From: an uncultured Actinomycetota bacterium
Lineage (GTDB): Bacteria; Actinomycetota; Actinomycetes; JAHEKZ01
Assembly: GCA_963743915.1 (NCBI GenBank)
Contig: CAVURN010000005.1
Coordinates: forward strand, 64,001-128,000
DNA length: 64,000 bases
Direction of reading: 5' to 3'
Part shown: in pieces, positions 17,922 through 29,231 of the stretch
Layout of the letters: every line of letters starts with the position of its first letter
How positions within the stretch are numbered: the first letter of the stretch is position 1
Notes under the pieces: model-generated
Told to the model about the DNA's origin: nothing
What the model saw: only the letters and a program-made list of their open reading frames with translations
Databases searched by the model: none
Translations under genes and position numbers: made by a program

Positions 17922-18128
17922 GTGATTCCCCCCTCCCCCGAGGTGGCGCGGACGTGGTCGCTCCTCCGTGCCGGCATTCCCCTCAGCCTCCTGTGCGACC
18001 TCGCCTCACCTGACGGACCCCCCTCGCGCGAGATCTACACCGCCGAGGTGGTCGCCGACGACGTCGACCGGGCCCACCCACCTGGCCGATCGATCACGCT
18101 GCCGGAGATCTCGATCTTCTCTGCATGA
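17922..18128 (+). CDS. micro-protein, paralog of 7344..7499
   Basis: LLRAGIPLSLLCDLASPDGPPSREIYTAE; stop overlaps next ATG. Confidence 0.7.
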   Translation: MIPPSPEVARTWSLLRAGIPLSLLCDLASPDGPPSREIYTAEVVADDVDRAHPPGRSITLPEISIFSA

Positions 18129-19126
18129 CCAGACGACGAGTGGCCGCGGTGGGTGTGGCCGCGGCCCTCGCGCTCGGGCTGGCCGCAGCACCCAGCTCAG
18201 GGCACACGAGCGACGACGGACGGACTGCTCCGGACACGACCGACAGAGCCGTCGCCGGCTGCCGGGTCTTCCCGGCGGACAACTGGTGGAACGCCGACAT
18301 CAGCGCTCTGCCGCGCCATCAGCGGAGCGATGAATGGATGCGCCACATGTCGCCGCGCTCCCGCCTGCACCCCGACTTCGGTCCCGCCTTCGGCGCACAG
18401 CGCATGCCGTACGGCATCCCGGTCACCGTCGTCGGTGGCGACCATCGCAAACACCCGGTGCGGTTCACCTACGCGAGTGAGAGTGACCGGGTGCGCTACC
18501 CGCTCGGGAACGACACCAAGATCGAGGGTGGCTGGAACTCCGGCGGTGACCGGCACGCGATCATCGTCGACCGGTCGCGCTGCCGTCTCTACGAGACGTG
18601 GAACACCCGACGCCGCGACGGCCGCTGGCACGCCGGCTCGGGCGCGGTGTGGGACCTCGGTTCCAACGCCCTGCGACCCGACGGCTGGACGTCGGCGGAC
18701 GCCGCGGGCCTGCCGATCCTGCCGGGGCTCCTCCGATGGCGCGAGGTGCGACGCGGCACCGTCGACCACGCGATCCGCTTCACGACGGACGTCACCGACC
18801 GTCGCTACCTGTGGCCGGCGCGGCACCAGGCGGGCGCCGTCAACAACCGGAACTACCCCCCGATGGGTGCACGCTTCCGCCTCTCGGCGTCCTTCGACCT
18901 CGGCCCCTACAGTCGGCAGACCCGGGTGATCCTGCGGGCCATGCAGACGTACGGCCTCGTGCTGGCGGACAACGGCTCGCCCTGGTACTTCCAGGGCGAC
19001 GCGACCAACAAGTGGCCGACGCGGGTGCTCGACGAGCTCAAGCAGATCCCCGCGCGCGCGTTCGTCGCGGTGGACACGTCGTCGCTCATGGTCGACCCGG
19101 ACAGCGCCGCCGTCGCGACCGGCTAG
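18125..19126 (+). CDS. secreted hypothetical protein
   Basis: signal peptide; FPADNWWN, PYGIP, GDRHAII, SADAAGLPILPGL, HAIRF, PPMGARFRL, YGLVLADNGS. Confidence 0.75.
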   Translation: MTRRRVAAVGVAAALALGLAAAPSSGHTSDDGRTAPDTTDRAVAGCRVFPADNWWNADISALPRHQRSDEWMRHMSPRSRLHPDFGPAFGAQRMPYGIPVTVVGGDHRKHPVRFTYASESDRVRYPLGNDTKIEGGWNSGGDRHAIIVDRSRCRLYETWNTRRRDGRWHAGSGAVWDLGSNALRPDGWTSADAAGLPILPGLLRWREVRRGTVDHAIRFTTDVTDRRYLWPARHQAGAVNNRNYPPMGARFRLSASFDLGPYSRQTRVILRAMQTYGLVLADNGSPWYFQGDATNKWPTRVLDELKQIPARAFVAVDTSSLMVDPDSAAVATG

Positions 19127-19127
19127 A

Positions 19128-19754
19128 TCAGGCGTCCTGCACCGTGCGGACGCCGAGAAGTGCGGCGAAGCCGAGCAGCCCGACGCCGGCCGCGACGTCG
19201 ATCCCCCACAGCACACGTCGACCGAGCCGTTGACCGACGCGGGACGCCACCAGCGCCAGCACCAGGAACCAAGCAGCGCTCCCCAGTACCACTCCGACCA
19301 GCAGCGTGACGGCTGACGCCGTGGAGTCGAGCAGCTCTGCGGTTGCGGCGGCACCGAAGATCGCAGCCCACGACACGATGGTCAGTGGGTTGGACGCCGT
19401 GGCGACCAGACCCGTCCGGAAAGAGGCGGGTACGTCAGCGACCTCCTCGGACATCTCCCCGCCGAGCCGGATGCGCCATGCGTCCCGCAGGGTGCGCACA
19501 CCCATCCACAGCAGCACGCCCGTACCGATGGCGCCGAGAGCGAGGCGGACGGCGTCCACCTGTACGAGCGCAGCAGCACCGAGGACTCCGAGCGCCGCAT
19601 AGAGACCGTCGACCGTGGCGGCGCCGGCACCGATCGCGAAGGCGGGTCGGAACCCGCCTCGTGTGGCGGTGCGGATGCACAGCAGCGAAACCGGACCGAC
19701 CTGCGCGGCCACGAATGCGCCGAGCAGCAGGCCAGCAAGGAACGCGTGCGTCAT
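19128..19754 (-). CDS. LysE-family translocator
   Basis: VGPVSLLCIR, ATVDGLY, TASNPLTI. Confidence 0.85.
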   Translation of the reverse strand: MTHAFLAGLLLGAFVAAQVGPVSLLCIRTATRGGFRPAFAIGAGAATVDGLYAALGVLGAAALVQVDAVRLALGAIGTGVLLWMGVRTLRDAWRIRLGGEMSEEVADVPASFRTGLVATASNPLTIVSWAAIFGAAATAELLDSTASAVTLLVGVVLGSAAWFLVLALVASRVGQRLGRRVLWGIDVAAGVGLLGFAALLGVRTVQDA

Positions 19755-19802
19755 CTCGTGATCATGGCAGCGTGTCGAGGGCAGACGCACACGGTTATCG
19801 GG

Positions 19803-20128
19803 TCAGAGGTAGAGGCCGGTGCTGCTCTCGACGCGGGCGGCCGCCACCGCGTGGATGTCGCGCTCACGCAGCAGGACGAGGGTCTCGCCGCGCAGCTCCA
19901 CCTCGCCGCGGTCCTCCGGTTCGAAGAGCACCCGGTCGCCCGGACTCGCACGGTGCGCACGTTCGGCCCGACGCCGACGACCTCGGCCCAGACCAGACGC
20001 TTGCCCACCTGCGCCGTGGCGGGAATCACGATGCCCCCGGTGGAGCGGCGTTCACCGTTGGGTCCTTCCTCGCGCACCAGCACCCGGTCGTGCAGGAGCT
20101 GGATGGGGAGCGCGTCAGCGTCGGCCAT
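19803..20128 (-). CDS. groES: GroES-like co-chaperonin (frameshift ~19945)
   Basis: LHDRVLV, GGIVIP, VGVGP; after the shift GDRVLFEPED...LLRERDIHAVA...TGLYL*. Confidence 0.8.
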
Positions 20129-20406
20129 CAGCCGCGGTGGAAGATCTTGCGGAGCACGAGCAGAGCGGTCACGGTGCCGGCGGCGATCGCGATCGGCTTC
20201 ACCTTCGGCGACCCGTCCTCCTCGACGAAGACCTTCTTGACGCCGTCGAGGGCATCACCGGCGAGGGCCTGGGGCTGCAGCCGGTCGGAGAGCTCGTCCA
20301 CCTGGTCGGCGAGACGCTTCTGCGCCGCGTCGATGTCGGACTGGATCTGCTCGGGGCTGCGGGCCTCGACGGGCGGGGCGTCCGCAGACGTGGATGAGTC
20401 GCTCAC
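20128..20406 (-). CDS. DUF3618 domain protein
   Basis: RSPEQIQSDIDAAQKRLADQVDELSDRLQP plus C-terminal TM. Confidence 0.8.
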   Translation of the reverse strand: MSDSSTSADAPPVEARSPEQIQSDIDAAQKRLADQVDELSDRLQPQALAGDALDGVKKVFVEEDGSPKVKPIAIAAGTVTALLVLRKIFHRG

Positions 20407-20498
20407 TGCACACCTTCGTTCGTCCGGATCGGTCTCCACCGTAGCGGGACCGGGCGCCGGCATGGACCGCACCTCCCGGCATCACCAGGGGTGCTTGT

Positions 20499-20513
20499 TG
20501 CAACCAGTTTGCA
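20499..20513. promoter_or_regulatory. putative Fur/Zur-family operator
   Basis: TGCAA-CCAGT-TTGCA 15-bp dyad upstream of a metal ABC operon. Confidence 0.4.
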
Positions 20514-20544
20514 GGAGCCAGATACCTGCACTAGCGTCGCGCGT

Positions 20545-21545
20545 ATGCGTCTCTCCCGCGCCCACCGCCCTCACCGCCGTGCTCGCAGCGACCCTGTTGC
20601 TCTCCGCCTGCGGCTCCGACCCGGAGGCGTCCGACGGACGCCTGGACGTCGCCACCACCGTGGCCCCGATCACCTCGATCGCGGCCAACATCGGCGGCGA
20701 CCGGGTCGACGTCACCGGGATCGTTCCCGAGGGCACCAACAGTCACACCTTCGAGCCGGCGCCGCAGGTCGCCGAGCTGCTCAGCACCGCCGACATCGTG
20801 TTCGTCAACGGGCTGCAGCTCGAGGAGCCGACCAAGGACCTGGCCGAGTCGAACATGAAGGACGACGCCGTGCTCGTCGAGATCGGCGACGAGGTGCTGC
20901 CGCCGGAGGACTACATCTACGACTTCTCGTTCCCCGAGGAGGACGGCAAGCCGAACCCCCACCTCTGGACCGACCCGACCTACGCGATCCAGTACGCCGA
21001 GGTGATCGCGGACGACCTACGCAGAGCAGGACCCCGACAACGCCGACTACTACGAGAAGAACCTGGACGCCTTCACCAAGAAGGCCAACGCACTGGCAGA
21101 CGCTCTGCGCGCCGACCAGCAGACGGTGCCGGACGGCAACCTGAAGCTGGTGACGTACCACGACGCGTACGCGTACTTCGCTCAGACCTTCGGCTGGGAC
21201 GTCGTGGGCGCGGTGCAGCCGAAGAACTTCGAGGACCCGACCCCGCAGGAGGTCGCGCAGATCATCGACCAGGTCGAGGCAGAGGGCGTCACCACGATCT
21301 TCGGCTCGGAGGTCTTCCCCTCCGCCGTGCTCGAGGAGATCGCCAACGCCACCGGCGCCCGCTACGAGGACACCCTGCGCGACGACGACCTGCCCGGCGA
21401 GCCCGGAGAGGCCGAGCACTCCTGGCTCGGGTTGATGAGGTACGACTACGTCACCATGATTGAGGGACTGGGCGGAACGGCAGACAAGCTGTCGACGGTG
21501 GACACCACCGACGTCGCCCCTGACGAGGCGGAGTATCCCCAGTGA
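20545..21545 (+). CDS. Zn/Mn ABC transporter substrate-binding lipoprotein (frameshifts ~20560, ~21020)
   Basis: lipobox LSAC, NSHTFEP, NGLQLE, PNPHLWTDP, YHDAYAYFA. Confidence 0.85.
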
Positions 21546-21566
21546 CCGGCAACGGGCGTCGGGCCG

Positions 21567-22326
21567 GTGATCCTGACGCTCGACGACGTCAGCGTCGGCT
21601 ACGAGGAGACGACCGTCCTGCGTGACGTCTCGCTTCCACGTCCATGCCGACCAGTTCACCGGCATCGTCGGCCCCTCAGGCTCGGGCAAGACCACGCTGC
21701 TGCGAACCCTGCTCGGCACCCTGCGGCCGCAGCGGGGGCGCGTCACCGCGGACCCCGGGCTGCGCATGGCCTACGTCCCCCAGCTCGAGACCGTGAACTG
21801 GAACTTCCCGGTGACGGTCTTCGAGTGCGTCCTGATGGCCCGCACGCAGGGACGTCAGTGGCCGCGTGCGAGCCGGAAGGACCGGCGTGAAGTGGCACAG
21901 GTTCTGGACCGCCTGGGCATCGACGACCTCGCCGAGCGACACATCCGCCAGCTCTCCGGTGGCCAGCAGCAACGGATGTTCCTCGCCCGTGCCCTGTTGT
22001 CGGAGCCGCAGCTGCTCGTGCTGGACGAGCCGACGTCCGGCGTCGACATCAGCACCCGGCACGACATGCTCCACCTGCTGGCCGACCTGCACGAGGACGG
22101 CATCTCGATCATGCTGACCACCCACGACCTCAACGGCATGGCCGCGCACCTGCCCCATCTCGTCACGGTCAACGGCCGGATCGTCGCCGAGGGCACTCCC
22201 CAGGAGGTCATCACCCCGGACGTCCTCGAGCAGACCTTCGGGGCGCGTCTCGAGGTCCTCGAGCACCTCGGCATGCCGGTCGTCGTCGACGACTACCACC
22301 GCGCCGGCCCGCGGGCTGCGTCATGA
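21567..22326 (+). CDS. metal ABC transporter ATP-binding protein (frameshift ~21635)
   Basis: GPSGSGKT, LSGGQQQR, LDEPT, TTHDL. Confidence 0.88.
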
Positions 22327-23230
22327 CCGACGTCCTGCTGATCCCCGATCTCACCGGCCCGCTCCAGTACGCGTTCTTCCAGAAGGGCCTGGTGGTCGCG
22401 GCCATCTCCGGCGCGCTGCTCGGCTTCGTCGGCGTCTACATCACGCTGCGCGGGATGAGCTACATCGGCCACGGCCTCTCGCACGCCATCTTCGGCGGCT
22501 TCGCGGCGGCGTCCCTGGTGAGCGCGTCCTTCATCTACCTCGGCGCCGGCATCTGGGGCGTGTCGTCCGCGCTCGCCATCAACTGGGTGTCACGCAAGCA
22601 CCGGATCGGCGCGGATGCCGCGATCGGCGTGATCACCACGGCGTCCTTCGCGCTCGGTGTGGCGCTGCTGAGCCACTACGGCAGCTCGGGCCCCTCGTTC
22701 GACAACGCCCTGTTCGGTTCGATCTACGGCATCAGCACCGACCAGATCGTCATGCTCGTCGGCGTCAGCGTCGCGACCGGCCTCTACGTGTTCCTGCGCT
22801 ACCGTTCGCTGCTCTTCACCACGTTCGACCCCGAGGTCGCGGCCGTCAGCGGCGTCAACGTGGCCCGCACCGAGGCGATGCTGATGCTGCTGCTGTCACT
22901 GGCGATCCTGGCGACGCTGACCGTCATCGGCGTCACCCTGGTGGCCGCGATGCTGGTCATCCCGGCGGTCGTCGCGCGCATGGTGACCGACTCGTTCAGC
23001 CGGATGCTGGTGATCTCGACGCTCGGTCGGCGCCGCCTGCGGTCTCGCCGGCATGTACCTCAGCTACTTCGCCGACGTCCCCTCCGGAACCATGATCGTC
23101 CTGACGGGGGCCGCGGTCTTCACGCGTCACCCTGGCATGGAAGGGTGGCAGGTCCCTGCTGCGGACGGCGGGGATGGACGACCACGTGGACGCGCCCGCG
23201 CCCCTTCCGACGCCCACCAGGAGTGCTTGA
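22323..23230 (+). CDS. metal ABC transporter permease (frameshifts near 3' end)
   Basis: MSYIGHGLSHAIFGG, DAAIG, LFGSI, FDPEVA, PSGTMIVL in the shifted frame. Confidence 0.85.
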
Positions 23231-23709
23231 TGCCCGAGACACCCCGGCTCTCGCCCGGCGACCGCGCGCCCGACTTCGCGCTCAGCGACGACACCGGCGA
23301 GCTGGTTCGGCTCTCCGACCTCAAGGGCAGCAGAGTCATCGTGTACTTCTACCCCGCGGCGATGACCCCTGGGTGCACCACGCAGGCGTGTGACTTCACT
23401 GCGGCCATGACCGACTTCCGCACCGCCGGGTACACCGTGCTCGGCATCTCCCCGGACAAGCCGGAGAAGCTGGCGAAGTTCCGCAATGAGGGCTCGCTCA
23501 ACTTCACCCTGCTCTCCGACCCGAGCAAGGAGACCATGACGGCGTACGGCGCGTACGGCGAGAAGCAGCTGTACGGCAAGACCGTCGTCGGCGTGATCCG
23601 CTCCACCTTCGTGATCGACGAGAAGGGCGTGATCGAGCAGGCGCAGTACAACGTCAAGGCCAAGGGCCACGTGGCCAAGCTCGCCCGCGAGCTCGCCATC
23701 CCCCTCTGA
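23230..23709 (+). CDS. bcp: thioredoxin-dependent thiol peroxidase
   Basis: [30 protein letters not shown]. Confidence 0.95.
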   Translation: MPETPRLSPGDRAPDFALSDDTGELVRLSDLKGSRVIVYFYPAAMTPGCTTQACDFTAAMTDFRTAGYTVLGISPDKPEKLAKFRNEGSLNFTLLSDPSKETMTAYGAYGEKQLYGKTVVGVIRSTFVIDEKGVIEQAQYNVKAKGHVAKLARELAIPL

Positions 23710-23797
23710 CGACCCAAGAACGACGCATTCACCCGCTCTGGTGGAACAAGCTCCGCCGTCATCCTGTGGACAGACGGCCGTCCTAGACTGCGGGCAC

Positions 23798-23879
23798 GCG
23801 GAAGTGGCGGAACTGGCAGACGCGCACGGTTTAGGTCCGTGTGCCTTCGGGCGTGGGGGTTCGAGTCCCCCCTTCCGCA
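23798..23879 (+). tRNA. tRNA-Leu (TAG)
   Basis: acceptor GCGGAAG/CTTCCGC, anticodon arm CACGG-TTTAGGT-CCGTG, long variable arm, GTTCGAGTC. Confidence 0.97.
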
Positions 23880-23887
23880 CTCAGTGC

Positions 23888-24503
23888 CTATGTGGCTACG
23901 TGCCCGAGGTGCATCGGGCAGGTGCTCTGCCAGCGCGCGGAAGGCGCGTCCGCGATGGCTGATCGCGTCCTTCTCCTGCGGCGACATCTCCGCCGTGGTC
24001 CGGCTCTCCCCCTCCGGCACGAAGATCGGGTCGTAGCCGAAGCCGTTGACGCCACGCGGTTCGCGCAGGAGCGAGCCGGAGAGCCTACCCTCGACGACGT
24101 GCTCACCACCGTGCGGCAGCGCAAGCGCCGCGGCGCAGGCGAAGTGGGCGCTGCGCCGGTCGTCCGGTACGTCGGTCAGCTGCGCGAGGACCAGGTCGAG
24201 GTTCGCCTGGTCGTCGCCGTGGCGGCCCGCCCACCGGGCGCTGAAGACGCCCGGCATGCCACCGAGCACGTCGACACAGAGACCGGAGTCGTCCGCGACT
24301 GCAGGCAAGCCCGTCGCCGCGGCCACCGCGTGCGCCTTGAGCAGTGCGTTCTCGGCGAAGGTCGTCCCGGTCTCGGCCACGTCGTGCAGATTCGGGAACG
24401 CGTCCGCACCCATCAGGTGCACGTCGAGTCCGACGTCGGCGAGGATCCGCTTCAGCTCGGCAACCTTGTGCGGGTTGCGCGTCGCGAGGACCAGTCGGTG
24501 CAT
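23888..24503 (-). CDS. rdgB: non-canonical purine NTP pyrophosphatase (indel near 3' end)
   Basis: [38 protein letters not shown]. Confidence 0.93.
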
Positions 24504-25229
24504 CACCGCGCCAGCGCCTCCTGCTGCAGCCGTGGCCAGCTCGGTGCAGCCGGCGACGGCAAGGTCGAGCAGGGCGTCGAGCTCGGAGCGGTCGAAGGGG
24601 ACGCCCTCGGCGGTCCCCTGCACCTCCACGAACCGGCCGTCGCCAGTGCACACGACGTTCATGTCGGTCTCGGCGGTGACGTCCTCCTCGTAGCAGAGGT
24701 CGAGCACCGGGTCGCCGCCGACGACGCCCACGGAGACGGCCGCCACCGAGCCGGTCAGTGCCTGTGCCCCGGCCTTGACGATTCCCTGCTGCTGCGCCCA
24801 CGCCACGGCGTCGGCCAGCGCGACGTAGGCGCCGGTGATCGCCGCGGTCCGCGTCCCTCCGTCGGCCTGCAGCACGTCGCAGTCGAGCACCACGGAGTTC
24901 TCGCCGAGCGCGGAGAGGTCGACCACGGCGCGCAGCGCGCGTCCGATGAGCCGAGAGATCTCGTGCGTGCGGCCGCCGATCTTGCCGCGCACCGACTCGC
25001 GGTCGCTCCGGGTGTGCGTCGACCGCGGAAGCATCGAGTACTCAGCCGTCACCCAGCCCAGCCCACTGCCCTTGCGCCACCGCGGGACGCCCTCGGTGAG
25101 CGACGCGGTGCAGAGCACCCGGGTGCGCCCGAACTCGACGAGCACCGATCCTTCGGGGTGCTCGCTCCAGTGGCGGGTGAACTGGACGGGGCGGAGCTGG
25201 TCGGCCGATCGGCCGTCGACGCGCGTCAT
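24503..25229 (-). CDS. rph: ribonuclease PH (extra base near 24532)
   Basis: [47 protein letters not shown]; corrected end LQQEALAR* gives TGATG overlap with rdgB. Confidence 0.95.
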
Positions 25230-25238
25230 GCGCGCAGG

Positions 25239-25992
25239 CTATCGACCCACGTCCACGGCGAGGCCGGGGGTGGCCAGCTCGATCGGACCGTCGAACACCG
25301 CGGAGGCCTCCGCCAGGGCGACGTGCTGGGTCGTGCCACGGCGGTACGTGCGTCAGCACGAGGCGTCCAGCCCGGCTCTGCTGCGCAAGCGCGCCGGCTT
25401 CGCGTCCGGTCAGGTGGAGGTCGGCGGGGTTGTCCGATCCCTCGATGAAGGACGCCTCGGCCAGCAGCACGTCGGCGTCGACCGCCAGCTGGTCGATCGG
25501 CGCGACAGGGACCGGTGTCTCCGGTGTAGACCAGCGTGGCACCCCCGGCCGTCAGGCGGATGCCGTAGGCCTCGATCGGGTGGGCCACTCGCTCGGCGCG
25601 GATGCGGAACGGCCCCACGGCCGCCGCACTCGCGAGGTCGCGGAAGTCGAAGGCGCTGGTCATCCCCGTGGGTGTGGCCATGCCCGTACGCACGCGCCAG
25701 GCGCTCGGCGCTGTCGGTCGGTCCGTACACCGGAAGGCGGCCACTGAACGCATAGGGCCCGTACCGGTGACCCACGTACAGCGAGGTCATGTCGACGCAG
25801 TGGTCGGCGTGCAGATGGCTGAGCACGATGGCGTCGATCTGTGGCAGCTCGATGTGCTGCTGCAGCGCACCCAGAGCAGCCGTTACCCAGGTCGACGACG
25901 AGCCGGAAGCCGTCGTGCTCCACGAGGTAGCAGGACCCGGAGCTCGTAGGGCCCGGCATGCTGCCGGAACAGCCGACAACCGTCAGCCTCAC
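25239..25992 (-). CDS. MBL-fold metallohydrolase, Rv1339-like (several frameshifts)
   Basis: [45 protein letters not shown]; position between murI and rph. Confidence 0.85.
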
Positions 25993-26792
25993 GCAAACAC
26001 TCCGGCATGCTCCACCGAGTCGACCTCCGGCCCGAGGAACCGGGAAGCCAACGTGGCGAAGGGCGCCGGGTCGCCGGTGGCGAGGAAGCGGTGGGAGGGC
26101 AGGGGCAGCGACTCGTCGCGGAGCAGGTTCTGCTCCGACAGGACGCGGTAGACGTCTCGCGCGGTCTCGTCGGCGCTCGACACCAGCGTGACCTCGTAAC
26201 CCATCACGTACGAGATGACACCCGCGAGCAGCGGGTAGTGCGTGCAGCCGAGAACGAGGGTGTCGACGCCTGCCTCGCGCAGCGGATCGAGGTAGGTGTG
26301 CGCGGTCCTCAGCACCTCGGGCCCGCCGGTGAGTCCGCGCTCGACGTAGTCGACGAACAGCGGGCACGCCGCCTGCGACACCGTCAGGCGCGGCGCCGCG
26401 GCAAAGGCGTCCGGGTAGGCGCCCGACGTGACCGTGGCCTCGGTGCCGATGACGCCGACGTGACCGTTGCGCGTCGCGTGCACGGCGCGCCTGACAGCCG
26501 GCTGCACGACCTCGACGACCGGCACGCGGTAGCGCTCGCGGGCGTCCCGCAGCACAGCGGCGCTGGCGCTGTTGCAGGCGATCACGAGCATCTTGACGCC
26601 CTGGTCGACCAGGTGGTCCATCACGTCGAGGGCGAAGGCCCGCACCTCGGCGATGGGACGCGGGCCGTACGGCCCCCGCGCCGTGTCACCGACATAGAGG
26701 ATCGGCTCGTGGGGAAGCAGGTCGAGCACCGACCGCGCCACCGTGAGTCCACCGACCCCGCTGTCGAAGATCCCAATCGGTGCGTCGGCCAC
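25989..26792 (-). CDS. murI: glutamate racemase
   Basis: [22 protein letters not shown]; TACCCT-N6-GTG leaderless start. Confidence 0.96.
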   Translation of the reverse strand: MADAPIGIFDSGVGGLTVARSVLDLLPHEPILYVGDTARGPYGPRPIAEVRAFALDVMDHLVDQGVKMLVIACNSASAAVLRDARERYRVPVVEVVQPAVRRAVHATRNGHVGVIGTEATVTSGAYPDAFAAAPRLTVSQAACPLFVDYVERGLTGGPEVLRTAHTYLDPLREAGVDTLVLGCTHYPLLAGVISYVMGYEVTLVSSADETARDVYRVLSEQNLLRDESLPLPSHRFLATGDPAPFATLASRFLGPEVDSVEHAGVFA

Positions 26793-26807
26793 GGCGCCAG
26801 GGTAACG

Positions 26808-26867
26808 GCACACCTTTGGGGAAACCTGTCCGTGTCATGACCCTGGCGTGTTACCCCAAAGGTGTGC
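26808..26867. repeat. 60-bp hairpin, left copy
   Basis: GCACACCTTTGGGG...CCCCAAAGGTGTGC perfect 14-bp arms (17/18 extended). Confidence 0.9.
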
Positions 26868-26928
26868 TGTCCACAGCGCAAGACCGGTCGGTGGCGAGTG
26901 AGGGGCCCCTGCGGGCACGCTCCCCGGC

Positions 26929-27906
26929 ATGCCACGACTCACCGCATCGGCGCAGCGGCACAGGGCGCTGCAGAGGCTGGCGAAGCCTCAGTCCGGGGTG
27001 TTCAGCCGCACCCAGGCACTTGCCGCGGGGTGGAGCGACGACGAGGTCGCAGCCCAGGTCGCCGCCCAGCGCTGGCGGCGCCTGCATCCCGGGGTCTATT
27101 ACCTCAGCAACGGAGCGTTGACCCGAGATGCGGTGCGGTGGGCGGCGCTTCTGTGGGCTGGACCGGGTGCTGTCCTCAGCCACGAGTCTGCTGCGGAGTG
27201 TCACGGACTAGCAGCCGCGGCCACGACCACTGCCCCTGTCACCGTTCTGATCCCCTGGGAACGCCGGTCCGGCAGGTGCCCTGGCATCGTCGTCCGCCGG
27301 CGACGGCAGTTGGAGCATCACACTCGCCTTAGCTCCCCACCCACGACGAGGGTCGAGCACACCGTCCTAGACCTGGCAAGCGATGCGTCGACCGTGCGTG
27401 ACGCCGTCGGATGGATCACTCGCGCCTACCAGCGCAAGCTCACCACACCCGCCCGACTGGAACTGGCGTTGAACTCGCGGGTGCGCCTGCGCCGTCGCCG
27501 GCTGCTGCTCGCGCTCGTCGCGACGATCTCGCCGGACGCCGAGAGCCCGCTCGAGCACGAGTACGACCATCGGGTGGCGCATGCCCACGGCCTGCCGGCC
27601 GGCAAGGGGCAGCAACGCGAACGGACCGGAGGGCGCGGTGTCCGAAGGGATCGTGACTACTCGGAGTACGGCACCGTGGTCGAGCTCGACGGGCTCGCCG
27701 GACACGAGGACGCGTGGGACACGTTCCGTGACATGGACCGCGACAACTGCACCCAGGAAGACGGCAAGGCGACGCTCCGCTACGGGGCGGTTGACGTTTA
27801 CGGGCGTCCGTGTGACGCCGCGCGACAGGTCGGCGTGCTGCTGCGCCGCGGAGGCTGGACCGGACAGCTCGTCAGTTGCGGACCCAGTTGCACGGCTTTG
27901 GGGTAA
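26929..27906 (+). CDS. AbiEi-like wHTH plus DUF559/Vsr-like endonuclease domain protein
   Basis: QSGVFSRTQAL, WRRLHPGVY, AVLSHESAA, TTRVEHTVLDL, AESPLE, VVELDGLAGH, DMDRDN, TLRY. Confidence 0.8.
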   Translation: MPRLTASAQRHRALQRLAKPQSGVFSRTQALAAGWSDDEVAAQVAAQRWRRLHPGVYYLSNGALTRDAVRWAALLWAGPGAVLSHESAAECHGLAAAATTTAPVTVLIPWERRSGRCPGIVVRRRRQLEHHTRLSSPPTTRVEHTVLDLASDASTVRDAVGWITRAYQRKLTTPARLELALNSRVRLRRRRLLLALVATISPDAESPLEHEYDHRVAHAHGLPAGKGQQRERTGGRGVRRDRDYSEYGTVVELDGLAGHEDAWDTFRDMDRDNCTQEDGKATLRYGAVDVYGRPCDAARQVGVLLRRGGWTGQLVSCGPSCTALG

Positions 27907-27949
27907 CCAGTCCGGGTCATAGCCCGGAAGATTTTCCCCAAAGGTGTGC
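27890..27949. repeat. 60-bp hairpin, right copy (inverted relative to left)
   Basis: reverse complement matches the left copy at 47/60 nt without gaps; contains the gene's TAA stop. Confidence 0.9.
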
Positions 27950-27959
27950 GGTGACGCCG

Positions 27960-29211
<1,252 letters not shown>

Positions 29212-29231
29212 TGGGTCTCCTTTTGTCGCAA

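Larger units (their letters stand above)
26808..27949 (+). mobile_element. putative hairpin-flanked AbiEi/DUF559 element
   Basis: single antisense gene interrupting the cysM-murI run, bounded by two inverted related hairpins. Confidence 0.5.

Noticed and set aside
23349-25229. 626-aa Rph-RdgB fusion running antisense through tRNA-Leu
   Set aside because: Single extra bases near 24532 and 23910 explain it; correcting them restores normal stops and a TGATG overlap
26929-27906. Type IV toxin-antitoxin module or classical IS
   Set aside because: No AbiEii nucleotidyltransferase partner, no DDE/HUH motifs and no target-site duplication seen
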